From: Macrostomum lignano
Lineage: Eukaryota
DNA: 64,000 bases
Assembly: GCA_002269645.1 (NCBI GenBank)
Contig: NIVC01001236.1
Coordinates: 1 to 64,000 of the forward strand
Direction: 5' to 3'
A program made the position numbers and the translations under genes. This document shows, in pieces, positions 25,049 to 37,000 of this stretch (the stretch's first letter is position 1; the number at the start of each line of letters is the position of its first letter). Under the pieces are notes generated by a model. The model made no database searches. It was not told the DNA's origin and was given only the letters and a program-made list of their open reading frames with translations.

Positions 25049-26977
25049 TCAGTGTCGCTTCGGCTGAGCAAAGAGCACTCCGTGGTACATGAGTCCATTG
25101 ATCTCCATGGAGATCACTACGGAGGAGTCTGGCAGGCCCAGATGACCGCCTGAAAGCAAAATAAAAAAGTCAGGCATATAAATTTTGATTAAAATTTTCC
25201 AAATGAAAATCTGGAAACAAACAATAAAAAATTTTGAACACAACTTTTTTGAAGCAGCGAAAGCCACGCCACGCTAAGCCAAGCTAAACCTCTGATCTCA
25301 AAGTCACAAAGTCCACCTCAGTCCACCATCGGACTGACCTTTTTCTTGAGAACTCCACACTGTAACGTGACAAATGAAACTCAACGAGCGTAACAGTCAG
25401 ACACGCACTGAGCAGCTCAGTAGTAACAGGTACTCACCGTGGTGACCCGCGATTCGAATCCCACCGCCAGCGGAGGGCAGCGGCAGGCCCGGAAATGGCG
25501 GAAGTCCGGCCGGAAACGGGAACTGAACGCCACCGCCACCGCTAGCGCCGCCGCCACCACCACCACCACCGCCACCGCCGCTGTTTCCAACGCCAGCTGT
25601 AATCGGCGGAGGCGGACTGCGAGTGTCGCCGGCGGAGCTGCTGCCACTGCCGTTGGCAGTTGGTCGCTTCGGGGGCGGAGGCTGATGATCAGCCACGCCT
25701 CCGGGAACGAAGGACGCCACTCCGGCTGTGTCGCTTCCGCTGGATGACCGCTTCAGCGAGCCGCCACCGCCAGCGCCGTTTCCTGAATCTCCATTGAAAC
25801 CCTTGTTAGCTGCGGCAGCGACGGCCGCGGAGCTGAGATCTTTGGGAGATGCGTCGGACAGGTTCTGGGGATGGAGAGCGTGGTGATGATGAGGATGCGG
25901 CTGGTGATGCTGGTGATGCCGCTCGTCTCCAGGAGTGGCGCGAAGCACCGGCGGAGTGAGGCAGGCGAAGTCGCGGTCTGAAAGAGGGTGAATTCAGAAT
26001 TTATCAATGGTTAACCTTCAGAAATAAAATATGGTAAAATGATGAAAACTTGCTAACTACTCTACTCCCTAGTAGTAGGCCAAGAGAATTATTCTTAGCC
26101 TCACCTGACATGGCCTTGCCGGTGAGCATTGAACTGTGATAGGTGAGCAGCGGCGGCAGGCCGCCTGGGTTCGGGCTGCACTCGAAGGCGGGGTAGTTCG
26201 GCCGCCTGCCCTCCCGCCTGTTGCCGTCGATGGCCGCTTGAAGCTCGCCCGGGCTGCTCAGCTTCAGCTTCTCGCACTCGTACGGGTACAGGTATTTCAT
26301 GTACCTGCGAGGAGATGGGCAACAGATGAGCTGGTTACGAATTTTCAACTGTTAGTGCCGTATCACCGTGCTACATTAAGATAGCATCATCAAGCTACTC
26401 TCAAGATAGCATCATCAAGCTACTCTCAAGATAGCATCATCAAGCTACTCTCAAGATAGCATCATCAAGCTACTCTCAAGATAGCATCATCAAGCTACTC
26501 TCAAGATAGCATCATCAAGCTACTCTCAAGATAGCATCATCAAGCTACTCTCAAGATAGCATCATCAAGCTACTCTCAAGATAGCATCATCAAGCTACTC
26601 TCAAGATAGCATCATCAAGCTACTCTCAAGATAGCATCATCACGCTACTCTCAAGATAGCATCATCAAGCTACTCTCAAGATAGCATCATCAAGCTACTC
26701 TCAAGATAGCATCATCAAGCTACTCTCAAGATAGCATCATCAAGCTACTCTCAAGATAGCATCACAGCAACAAGAAAGCACTGATCAACTCACTGAGTCC
26801 TCAGTGTGAAAGCGGCGCTGGTGATGGATGACGGCAGGTTGAGACCCTTGGTGATCTCTCGCCAGAGCTTCTTGTTAATGACTTCAACGAGGCCACCTTT
26901 GCTCACTACGAGACGGAAGAGCTCGTAAAGATCCAGGACCTGCTTAGCCATGATGGGGATTCTGTTCACCGGCGTGC
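25049..26977 (-). CDS. ARID3: ARID3/dead ringer (retained) transcription factor, exons 3-6 (ARID core, REKLES region, C-terminus)
   Basis: Exons complement(25049..25149,25438..25977,26105..26304,26794..26977): GTPVNRIPIMAKQVLDLYELFRLVVSKGGLVEVINKKLWREITKGLNLPSSITSAAFTLRTQ|YMKYLYPYECEK...ELQAAIDGNRREGRR, then the REKLES-beta-like SMEINGLMYHGVLFAQ. The full six-exon CDS is 1917 nt (638 aa). Confidence 0.96.
26378..26764. repeat. Near-perfect 25-bp minisatellite (aagatagcatcatcaagctactctc) in ARID3 intron 3
   Basis: About 15.5 copies, one substitution seen. Confidence 0.97.
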
Positions 26978-28071
26978 CTGCAGCGGGGGAGGAAAGAGGG
27001 AATTGAAGAAATGGGATTCGAAGAAAATGAATGATAGAGAGATAGCAAAAGAAACAAGCGATTAGAATCCCTACACCCTCTGCTTCATTCCTCGTTCCCG
27101 TCGCCACTCCGATCCCCAGTTCCCCGGGTCCTTGTCCCCATATGCGCTTGATGTTAATGAAGATTGATCTGGCATTTGTTGCAACAAGAAGAAAGGCTAA
27201 AAGAGAGCGGGGGCGAGGGGGGAATTAGTGGACAAGGACAGGCCTCGGCTCGTATGATTTGTTTAATTAAGCAAGATCCCCTCTCGTCCAGATAACTGGG
27301 GATAAATGGGGATCGGGGATCGCCAGCCGGCCGCAACTGTTCAGCACTCGGTCGCACTTTGAAGAAGCTATTATAAAAAATGAGAGGCAACAGAGACGAA
27401 GAGGAAGAAATGCGGAAGGCGATCGTGCAATCGGGCCGCCCGGTCCTCAGGAGAGGTAATTAAAAGTGGCGCCCCATGACGCAGCTTAGAGACCGGGCCG
27501 CGATCCCGAGCGAGGAATTGGGGAAATCTCGGCGGCGGGGGCAACAGTTGTCGGGAAAATCAAAATCGCCCCGATGCTCGCAGCCCCCCCCCCCCAACAA
27601 TTCCGCAGCGGCTTGTCACGACGTCAAGAGGAGACGGCATTCCATCGCTGCCTTCTGATATCAAGAACTCCCCGCGGCATTTCCCCCATCGCTGGACATT
27701 GCAATCTCTCTCTTGTCTTCCATTTTTCCAACATTTCCTCCAAAGTCTTTTTCCCGCCCCTCCTGTTGCCAATTAAACCCGGGGGAATCCTTTCCCCTAT
27801 AGCACAGGCAATTACATAAAGCGGACAAGACTACATGGCAACGGGAGCAAAACTGGGAGCAGCGACTACATGGAGCGGACAAAATTACATGGTGATAAAA
27901 ATTGAAAATTTAATATTCAATCGAAAGATCACGGCTAGAAAAAAATTATAAAATATTTTTTAAGAAAGATGATCTAAAATTAATCTAATAAATGAACTTT
28001 TTGCATTGTTTGTAGTACTACTTTTTATAGAACAGGCCTACTAACTTTCTTAGTAGTGAAGACGTACAGAA

Positions 28072-30905
28072 TCGGACAGAATTACCTTGACTTTGCTCCC
28101 AATTAGGACAGAATTACCTTGACTTTGCTCCCAACTAGGACAGAATTACCTTGATTTTGCTCCCAACTAGGACAGAATTACCTTGATTTTGCTCCCAACT
28201 ACATAGATAGACTGTAGAAAATTAACCCGCAGTGAGCCGCACTAATCCAACGGTGACCATCACTGACCTAATCCAAGTATCGATCAGTGACCCGCTTAAT
28301 GGCAAGTGTTCTTCACTGACCCGAACTGATCCAAGTGGCCTTCAGTGACAGGCATTAATCCAAGTGGCCTTCAGTGACAGGCATTAATCCAAGTGGCCTT
28401 CAGTGACAGGCATTAATCCAAGTGGCCTTCAGTGACCCGCACTAATCCAAGTGACCATCAGTGACCCGCACTAATCCAAGTGACCATCAGTGACTAGCAC
28501 TAATCCAAGTGACCATCAGTGACCCGCACTAATCTAACAGTGACAATCACTGACCCGCACTAATCCAAGTGACCATCAATGACCGGCACTAATCCAACTG
28601 ACCATCAGTGACCCGCACTAATCCAAGTGACCATCAGTGACCCGCACTAATCCAAGTGAACTTTAGTGACCCGCACTAATCCAAGTGACCATCAGTGACC
28701 CGCACTAATCCTACAGTGACAATCTCTGACCCGCACTAATCCAAGTGGCCTTCAGTGACCCAACTAATCCAAGTGACCATCAGTGACCCGCACTAATCCA
28801 AGTGACCATCAGTGACCCGCACTAATCCAAGTGACCATCAGTGACCTGCATTAATCCAAGTGAACTTTAGTGAATCGCACTAATCTACGGGACTCAGTTA
28901 CTGGACACAATTACCTGATATCTGCTCCCCACTACACAGATCTGGAGGCCGGACAGAATTACCTGAAATTTGCTCCCCACTACACAAATTTGGAGGCCGG
29001 ACGGAATTACCTGAAATTTGCTCCCCACTACACAAATTTGGAGGCCGGACGGAATTACCTGAAATTTGCTCCCCACTACACAAATTTGGAGGCCGGACGG
29101 AATTACCTGAAATTTGCTCCCCACTACACAAATTTGGAGGCCGGACGGAATTACCTGAAATTTGCTCCCCACTACACAAATCTGGAGGCCGGACAGAATT
29201 ACCTGAAATTTGCTCCCCACTACACAGATCTGGAGGCCGGACAGAATTACCTGAGATTTGCTCCCCACTACACAAATCTGGAGGCCGGACAGAATTACCT
29301 GAAATTTGCTCCCCACTACACAAATCTGGAGGCCGGACAGAATTACCTGATATCTGCTCCCCACTACACAGATCTGGAGGCCGGACAGAATTACCTGAAA
29401 TTTGCTCCCCACTACACAAATCTGGAGGCCGGACAGAATTACCTGAAATCTGCTCCCCACTACACAGATCTGGAGGCCGGACAGAATTACCTGAAATTTG
29501 CTCCCCACTACACAGATCTGGAGGCCGGACAGAATTACCTGAAATTTGCTCCCCACTACACAAATCTGGAGGCCGGACGGAATTACCTGAAATTTGCTCC
29601 CCACTACACAGATCTGGAGGCCGGACAGAATTACCTGAAATTTGCTCCCCACTACACAAATCTGGAGGCCGGACAGAATTACCTGAAATTTGCTCCCCAC
29701 TACACAGATCTGGAGGCCGGACAGAATTACCTGAAATTTGCTCCCCACTACACAGATCTGGAGGCCGGACAGAATTACCTGAAATTTGCTCCCCACTACA
29801 CAGATCTGGAGGCCGGACAGAATTACCTGAAATTTGCTCCCCACTACACAGATCTGGAGGCCGGACAGAATTACCTGAAATTTGCTCCCCACTACACAAA
29901 TCTGGAGGCCGGACAGAATTACCTGAAATTTGCTCCCCACTACACAGATCTGGAGGCCGGACAGAATTACCTGAAATTTGCTCCCCACTACACAAATCTG
30001 GAGGCCGGACAGAATTACCTGAAATTTGCTCCCCACTACACAAATCTGGAGGCCGGACAGAATTACCTGAAATTTGCTCCCCACTACACAGATCTGGAGG
30101 CCGGACAGAATTACCTGAAATTTGCTCCCCACTACACAAATCTGGAGGCCGGACAGAATTACCTGAAATTTGCTCCCCACTACACAGATCTGGAGGCCGG
30201 ACAGAATTACCTGATATCTGCTCCCCACTACACAGATCTGGAGGCCGGACAGAATTACCTGAGATTTGCTCCCCACTACACAAATCTGGAGGCCGGACAG
30301 AATTACCTGAAATTTGCTCCCCACTACACAGATCTGGAGGCCGGACAGAATTACCTGAAATTTGCTCCCCACTACACAGATCTGGAGGCCGGACAGAATT
30401 ACCTGAAATTTGCTCCCCACTACACAGATCTGGAGGCCGGACAGAATTACCTGAAATTTGCTCCCCACTACACAGATCTGGAGGCCGGACAGAATTACCT
30501 GAAATTTGCTCCCCACTACACAAATCTGGAGGCCGGACAGAATTACCTGAGATTTGCTCCCCACTACACAAATCTGGAGGCCGGACAGAATTACCTGAAA
30601 TTTGCTCCCCACTACACAGATCTGGAGGCCGGACAGAATTACCTGAAATTTGCTCCCCACTACACAGATCTGGAGGCCGGACAGAATTACCTGAGATTTG
30701 CTCCCCACTACAGAAATAGACTATAGAAAAGTATTCCATGTGACCTTCAGTGACCCGCACTAATCCTAGTGACCATCAGTGACTATCACTAATCCAAGCG
30801 ACCATCAGTGACCCGCACTAATCTTAGTGACCATCAGTGAGCCGCACTAATCCAAGTGACCATTACTGACCCGCATTAATCCAAGTAGCCTTTAGTGACC
30901 CGCCA
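28072..30905. repeat. Compound minisatellite: 32-bp x4, 29-bp array, 48-bp x~38 (28900-30713), 29-bp array
   Basis: 48-bp unit ggacagaattacctgaaatttgctccccactacacagatctggaggcc; 29-bp unit cagtgacccgcactaatccaagtgaccat (about 28230-28890 and 30740-30905); 32-bp unit ggacagaattaccttgattttgctcccaacta. Confidence 0.95.
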
Positions 30906-31049
30906 TTCCTTCCCCGATACAGAGTTACATGAAGTACCGTTTTCTAGGTATCCAAACCATAAAGTTTGTTTTAAGCATTACGAGTAGAACTTTTGTATAC
31001 GAATTAATACGATTAAGAATTATAGATGCCTAGCTAGGCCAGGCTGTCC

Positions 31050-34000
31050 TCACTGGCCTCTGTATATCTTAGCAGCCTTGGCTGTCCTATACTTAGAACA
31101 AAGAGCCAGGCCCAACTCAGCATTTTCACTCAAACACACAGAGCTCTTGGAGTCGCTATAATCTTCATCTAACTGACTCACCGGCCTCTGTAAATCTCGG
31201 CAGCTTAGACCTCCTATACTTAGAACGGAGTAGGCTCTAAGTCTGTTTTTTCACTCAAACATAAAGGGAAAGTCTTGGGGCCGCTAAAACCTCTTCATCT
31301 AAGAGATTCACCCGCCTCAGTCAGTCAGTCAGTCAGTCAGTCAGTCAGAAAGAAGCGGAGAGAAGCTGGGATTATCAGAAAGAAGCGGAGAGAAGCTGGG
31401 ATTATCAGAGGGAAGCGGAGAGAAGCTGGGATTATCAGAGGGAAGCGGAGAGAAGCTGGGATTATCAGAGAGAAGCGGAAAGAAGCTGGAATTATCAGAA
31501 AGAAGCGGAGAGAAACTGGGATTATCAGAGGGAAGCGGAGAGAAGCTGGGATTATCAGAGGGAAGCGAAGAGAAGCTGGGATTATCAGAAAGAGGCGGAG
31601 AGAAGCTGCGATTATCAGAGGGAAGCGGAGAGAAGCTGGGATTATCAGAGGGAAGCGGAAAGAAGCTGAGATTATCAGAGAGAAGCGGAGAGAAGCTGGG
31701 ATTTTCAGAGAGAAGCGGAGAGAAGCTGGGATATCAGAGGGAAGCGAAGAGAAGCTGGGATTATTAGAAAGAGGCGGAGAGAAGCTGGGATTATCAGAGG
31801 GAAGCGGAGAGAAGCTGGGATTATCAGAGGGAAGCGGAGAGAAGCTGGGATATCAGAGGGAAGCGGAGAGAAGCTGGGATATCAGAGGGAAGCGAAGAGA
31901 AGCTGGGATTATCAGAGGGAAGCGGAGAGAAGCTGGGATTATCAGAGGGAAGCGGAGAGAAGCTGGGATTATCAGAGGGAAGCGGAGGGAAGCTGGGATT
32001 ATCAGAGAGAAGCGGAGAGAAGCTGGGAAGCTGAGAAATCGATGCATACAAAATACGTTAGAAGGCAAAGGTGCGAAAGAACGAGAGGGGCGCAAGGCCG
32101 TAGCCAGCGTATTTTTATCAACACAGAATGAATGCAATTCTACACTAGCAAAGATAAAAGGTTTGGTTTGGTTTCAGCTAGGCGATGAAAAGTGTGAAAA
32201 GTTGCTTGAGCCGTGTGTATCTGCGAGTGAGGAGAAATCGATAATAAAATGAATATAGTTTTGTGGGAAAAGACAACAATTCACAGCGCAAGCTAGCTTT
32301 ACCTCGCGACATGGAGTCCAGCATGGAATAACTCTGCATATTCGCTCAAACATAAAGGGAAAGTCTTGGGCCGCTATAACTCCTTCATCGAACTGATTCA
32401 GCCGCCTCTGTAAATCTCGGCAGCTTGGACCTCCTATACTTAGAACAGACTAGGCTCTAAGTCTGCTTTTTCACTCAAACATAAAGGGAAAGTCTTGGGG
32501 CCGCTAAAACCAAGAGACTCACCCGCCTCGGCTTATCCCAGCAGCTAAGACTATCGATATATATATTTACGACAAAGAGTCTGGCATGGAATAACTCTGC
32601 ATATTCACTCAAGCACACAGGGATGGTCTTGGAGCCGGTATATTATCTTCACCTAAGAGACTCACCCGCCTCAGTCAGTCAGTCAGCCCCTAACACGGGC
32701 TCAGCTCTCAGCTCACCCAGAATTTCAAATGCACTGCATGGCAACTCGAATCGCTCGAGTCGCTCCAGCATTCACAGCCACCTGGGCTGGCCGAGAGGTG
32801 ACCGCAAACTGCGGTTTGGAAACCTCTTGGCAACGAAGACCTCTCTCCAGCTGCAGCCATGCTGTCTGTGGTCGGCCTCTCAGCTCCACAACCCTAGCCT
32901 TTGAGACAAACCATATGTCGAGCTTTCGAATCGGTTCGAAAACCCCACAGCTGGTTTGCGCAACCGCAACAAACACACCTGGGGCATCTCAACTCGACTG
33001 ATTCTAAAAATAGCACATACTCTGGTCTACAAACCGGGCAATGAAGACACGTCCTTGAGCCGCATGCAGAGACAGGAGCATCTACAGACTACAGGACCAT
33101 TAGGCTTTGGCCATTTCTTCTAGAAGGTCCGCTTTTTGAGTTTGAAACCTCAATGCGACAATCAATGCCAGTGAGCAAAAATCGATGCAGAAGAGATTCA
33201 TCAGAAAGACTGGTGGAGACGGGCGTAGAGAAGCTAGGATCAGCGAAGACAAGCTGGAATATCAGAGGGAAGCGGAGAGAAGCTGGGATTATCAGAGAGA
33301 AGCGGAGAGAAGCTGGGATTATCAGAAAGAGGCGGAGAGAAGCTGGGAATATCAGAGGGAAGCGGAGAGAAGCTGGGATTATCAGAGAGAAGCGGAGAGA
33401 AGCTGGGATATCAGAGGGAAGCGAAGAGAAGCTGGGATTATCAGAGGGAAGCGGAAAGAAGCTGGGATATCAGAGGGAAGCGGAGAGAAGCTGGGATTAT
33501 TAGAAAGAGGCGGAGAGAAGCTGGGATTATTAGAAAGAGGCGGAGAGAAGCTGGGATTATCAGAAAGAGGCGGAGAGAAGCTGGGATTATTAGAAAGAGG
33601 CGGAAAGAATCTGGGATTATTAGAAAGAGGCGGAGAGAAGCTGGGATTATCAGAAAGAGGCGGAGAGAAGCTGGGATTATTAGAAAGAGGCGGAAAGAAT
33701 CTGGGATTATTAGAAAGAGGCGGAGAGAAGCTGGGATTATCAGAAAGAGGCGGAGAGAAGCTGGGATTATTAGAAAGCAGCGGAAGGAAGCTGGGATTAT
33801 CAGAGAGAAGCGAAAAGAAGCTGGGATTATCAGAAAGAGGCGGAGAGAAGCTGGGATTATCAGAGGGAAGCGGAGAGAAGCTGGGATTATCAGAGAGAAG
33901 CGGAAAGAAGCTGGGATTCTTAGAAAGAGGCGGAGAGAAGCTGGGATTATTAGAAAGAGGCGGAGAGAAGCTGGGATTATCAGAAAGAGGCGGAGAGAAG

Positions 34001-37000
34001 CTGGGATTATTAGAAAGAGGCGGAAAGAATCTGGGATTATTAGAAAGAGGCGGAGAGAAGCTGGGATTATCAGAAAGAGGCGGAGAGAAGCTGGGATTAT
34101 TAGAAAGAGGCGGAAAGAAGCTGGGATTATCAGAGGGAAGCGGAGGGAAGCTGGGATTATCAGAGAGAAGCGGGGAGAAGCTGGGAAGCTGAGAAATCGA
34201 TGCATACAAAATACGTTAGAAGGCAAAGGTGCGAAAGAACGAGAGGGGCGCAAGGCCGTAGCCAGCGTATTTTTATCAACACAGAATGGATGCAATTCTA
34301 CACTAGCAAAGATAAAAGGTTTGGTTTGGTTTCAGCTAGGCGATGAAAAGTGTGAAAAGTTGCTTGAGCCGTGTGCATCTGCGATTGAGGAGAAATCGAT
34401 AATAAAATGAATATAGTTTTGTGGGAAAAGACAACAATTCACAGCGCAAGCTAGCTTTACCTCGCGACATGGAGTCCAGCATGGAATAACTCTGCATATT
34501 CGCTCAAACATAAAGGGAAAGTCTTGGGGCCGCTATAACTCCTTCATCGAACTGATTCAGCCGCCTCTGTATATCTTAGCAGCCTTGGCTGTCCTATACT
34601 TAGAACAAAGAGCCAGACCCAACTCAGCATTTTCACTCAAACACACAGAGCTCTTGGAATCGCTATAATCTTCATCTAACTGACTCACTGGCCTCTGTAT
34701 ATCTTAGCAGCCTTGGCTGTCCTATACTTAGAACAAAGAGCCAGGCCTAGCTCTGCAATATCACTCAAACACACAGAGCTCTTGGAATCGCTATAATCTT
34801 CATCTAACTGACTCACCGGCCTCTGTAAATCTCGGCAGCTTAGACCTCCTATACTTAGAACGGAGTAGGCTCTAAGTCTGTTTTTTCACTCAAACATAAA
34901 GGGAAAGTCTTGGGGCCGCTAAAACCTCTTCATCTAAGAGATTCACCCGCCTCAGTCAGTCAGTCAGTCAGTCAGTCAAAAAGAAGCGGAGAGAAGCTGG
35001 GATATCAAAAAGAAGCGGAGAGAAGCTGGGATATCAAAAAGAAGCGGAGAGAAGCTGGGATTATCAGAGGGAAGCGGAGAAAAGCTGGGATTATCAGAAA
35101 GAAGCGGAAAGAAGCTGGGATTATCAGAGAGAAGCGGAAAGAAGCTGGGATTATCAGAGAGAAGCGGAAAGAAGCTGGGATTATCAGAGAGAAGCGGAGA
35201 GAAGCTGGGATTATCAGAAAGAAGCGGAAAGAAGCTGGGATTATCAGAGAGAAGCGGAGAGAAACTGGGATTATCAGAAAGCAGCGGAAGGAAGCTGGGA
35301 TTATCAGAAAGAGGCGGAGAGAAGCTGGGATTATCAGAGGGAAGCGGAGAGAAGCTGGGATTATCAGAGAGAAGCGGAAAGAAGCTGGGATTATTAGAAA
35401 GAGGCGGAGAAAAGCTGGGATTATTAGAAAGAGGCGGAGAGAAGCTGGGATTATTAGAAAGAGGCGGAAAGAAGCTGGGATTATCAGAGGGAAGCGGAGG
35501 GAAGCTGGGATTATCAGAGAGAAGCGGGGAGAAGCTGGGAAGCTGAGAAATCGATGCATACAAAATACGTTAGAAGGCAAAGGTGCGAAAGAACGAGAGG
35601 GGCGCAAGGCCGTAGCCAGCGTATTTTTATCAACACAGAATGGATGCAATTCTACACTAGCAAAGATAAAAGGTTTGGTTTGGTTTCAGCTAGGCGATGA
35701 AAAGTGTGAAAAGTTGCTTGAGCCGTGTGCATCTGCGATTGAGGAGAAATCGATAATAAAATGAATATAGTTTTGTGGGAAAAGACAACAATTCACAGCG
35801 CAAGCTAGCTTTACCTCGCGACATGGAGTCCAGCATGGAATAACTCTGCATATTCGCTCAAACATAAAGGGAAAGTCTTGGGGCCGCTATAACTCCTTCA
35901 TCGAACTGATTCAGCCGCCTCTGTATATCTTAGCAGCCTTGGCTGTCCTATACTTAGAACAAAGAGCCAGACCCAACTCAGCATTTTCACTCAAACACAC
36001 AGAGCTCTTGGAATCGCTATAATCTTCATCTAACTGACTCACTGGCCTCTGTATATCTTAGCAGCCTTGGCTGTCCTATACTTAGAACAAAGAGCCAGGC
36101 CTAGCTCTGCAATATCACTCAAACACACAGAGCTCTTGGAATCGCTATAATCTTCATCTAACTGACTCACCGGCCTCTGTAAATCTCGGCAGCTTAGACC
36201 TCCTATACTTAGAACGGAGTAGGCTCTAAGTCTGTTTTTTCACTCAAACATAAAGGGAAAGTCTTGGGGCCGCTAAAACCTCTTCATCTAAGAGATTCAC
36301 CCGCCTCAGTCAGTCAGTCAGTCAGTCAGTCAAAAAGAAGCGGAGAGAAGCTGGGATATCAAAAAGAAGCGGAGAGAAGCTGGGATATCAAAAAGAAGCG
36401 GAGAGAAGCTGGGATTATCAGAGGGAAGCGGAGAAAAGCTGGGATTATCAGAAAGAAGCGGAAAGAAGCTGGGATTATCAGAGAGAAGCGGAAAGAAGCT
36501 GGGATTATCAGAGAGAAGCGGAAAGAAGCTGGGATTATCAGAGAGAAGCGGAGAGAAGCTGGGATTATCAGAAAGAAGCGGAAAGAAGCTGGGATTATCA
36601 GAGAGAAGCGGAGAGAAACTGGGATTATCAGAAAGCAGCGGAAGGAAGCTGGGATTATCAGAAAGAGGCGGAGAGAAGCTGGGATTATCAGAGGGAAGCG
36701 GAGAGAAGCTGGGATTATCAGAGAGAAGCGGAAAGAAGCTGGGATTATCAGAAAGAGGCGGAGAGAAGCTGGGATTATTAGAAAGAGGCGGAAAGAAGCT
36801 GGGATTATTAGAAAGAGGCGGAGAGAAGCTGAGATTATCAGAAAGAGGCGGAGAGAAGCTGGGATTATCAGAAAGAGGCGGAGAGAAGCTGGATTATTAG
36901 TAAGAGGCGGAGAGATGCTGGATTATCAGAAAGAGGCGGAGAGAAGCTGGGATTATTAGAAAGAGGCGGAAAGAAGCTGGGATTATCAGAGAGAAGCGGA

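Noticed and set aside
28870-30760. Three ~600-aa ORFs over the 48-bp array as real proteins
   Set aside because: They are a consequence of a 3n unit lacking stops. The + ORF starts at GTG, there is no signal peptide or splice context, and unit variants are mostly non-synonymous. Kept only as a low-level finding.
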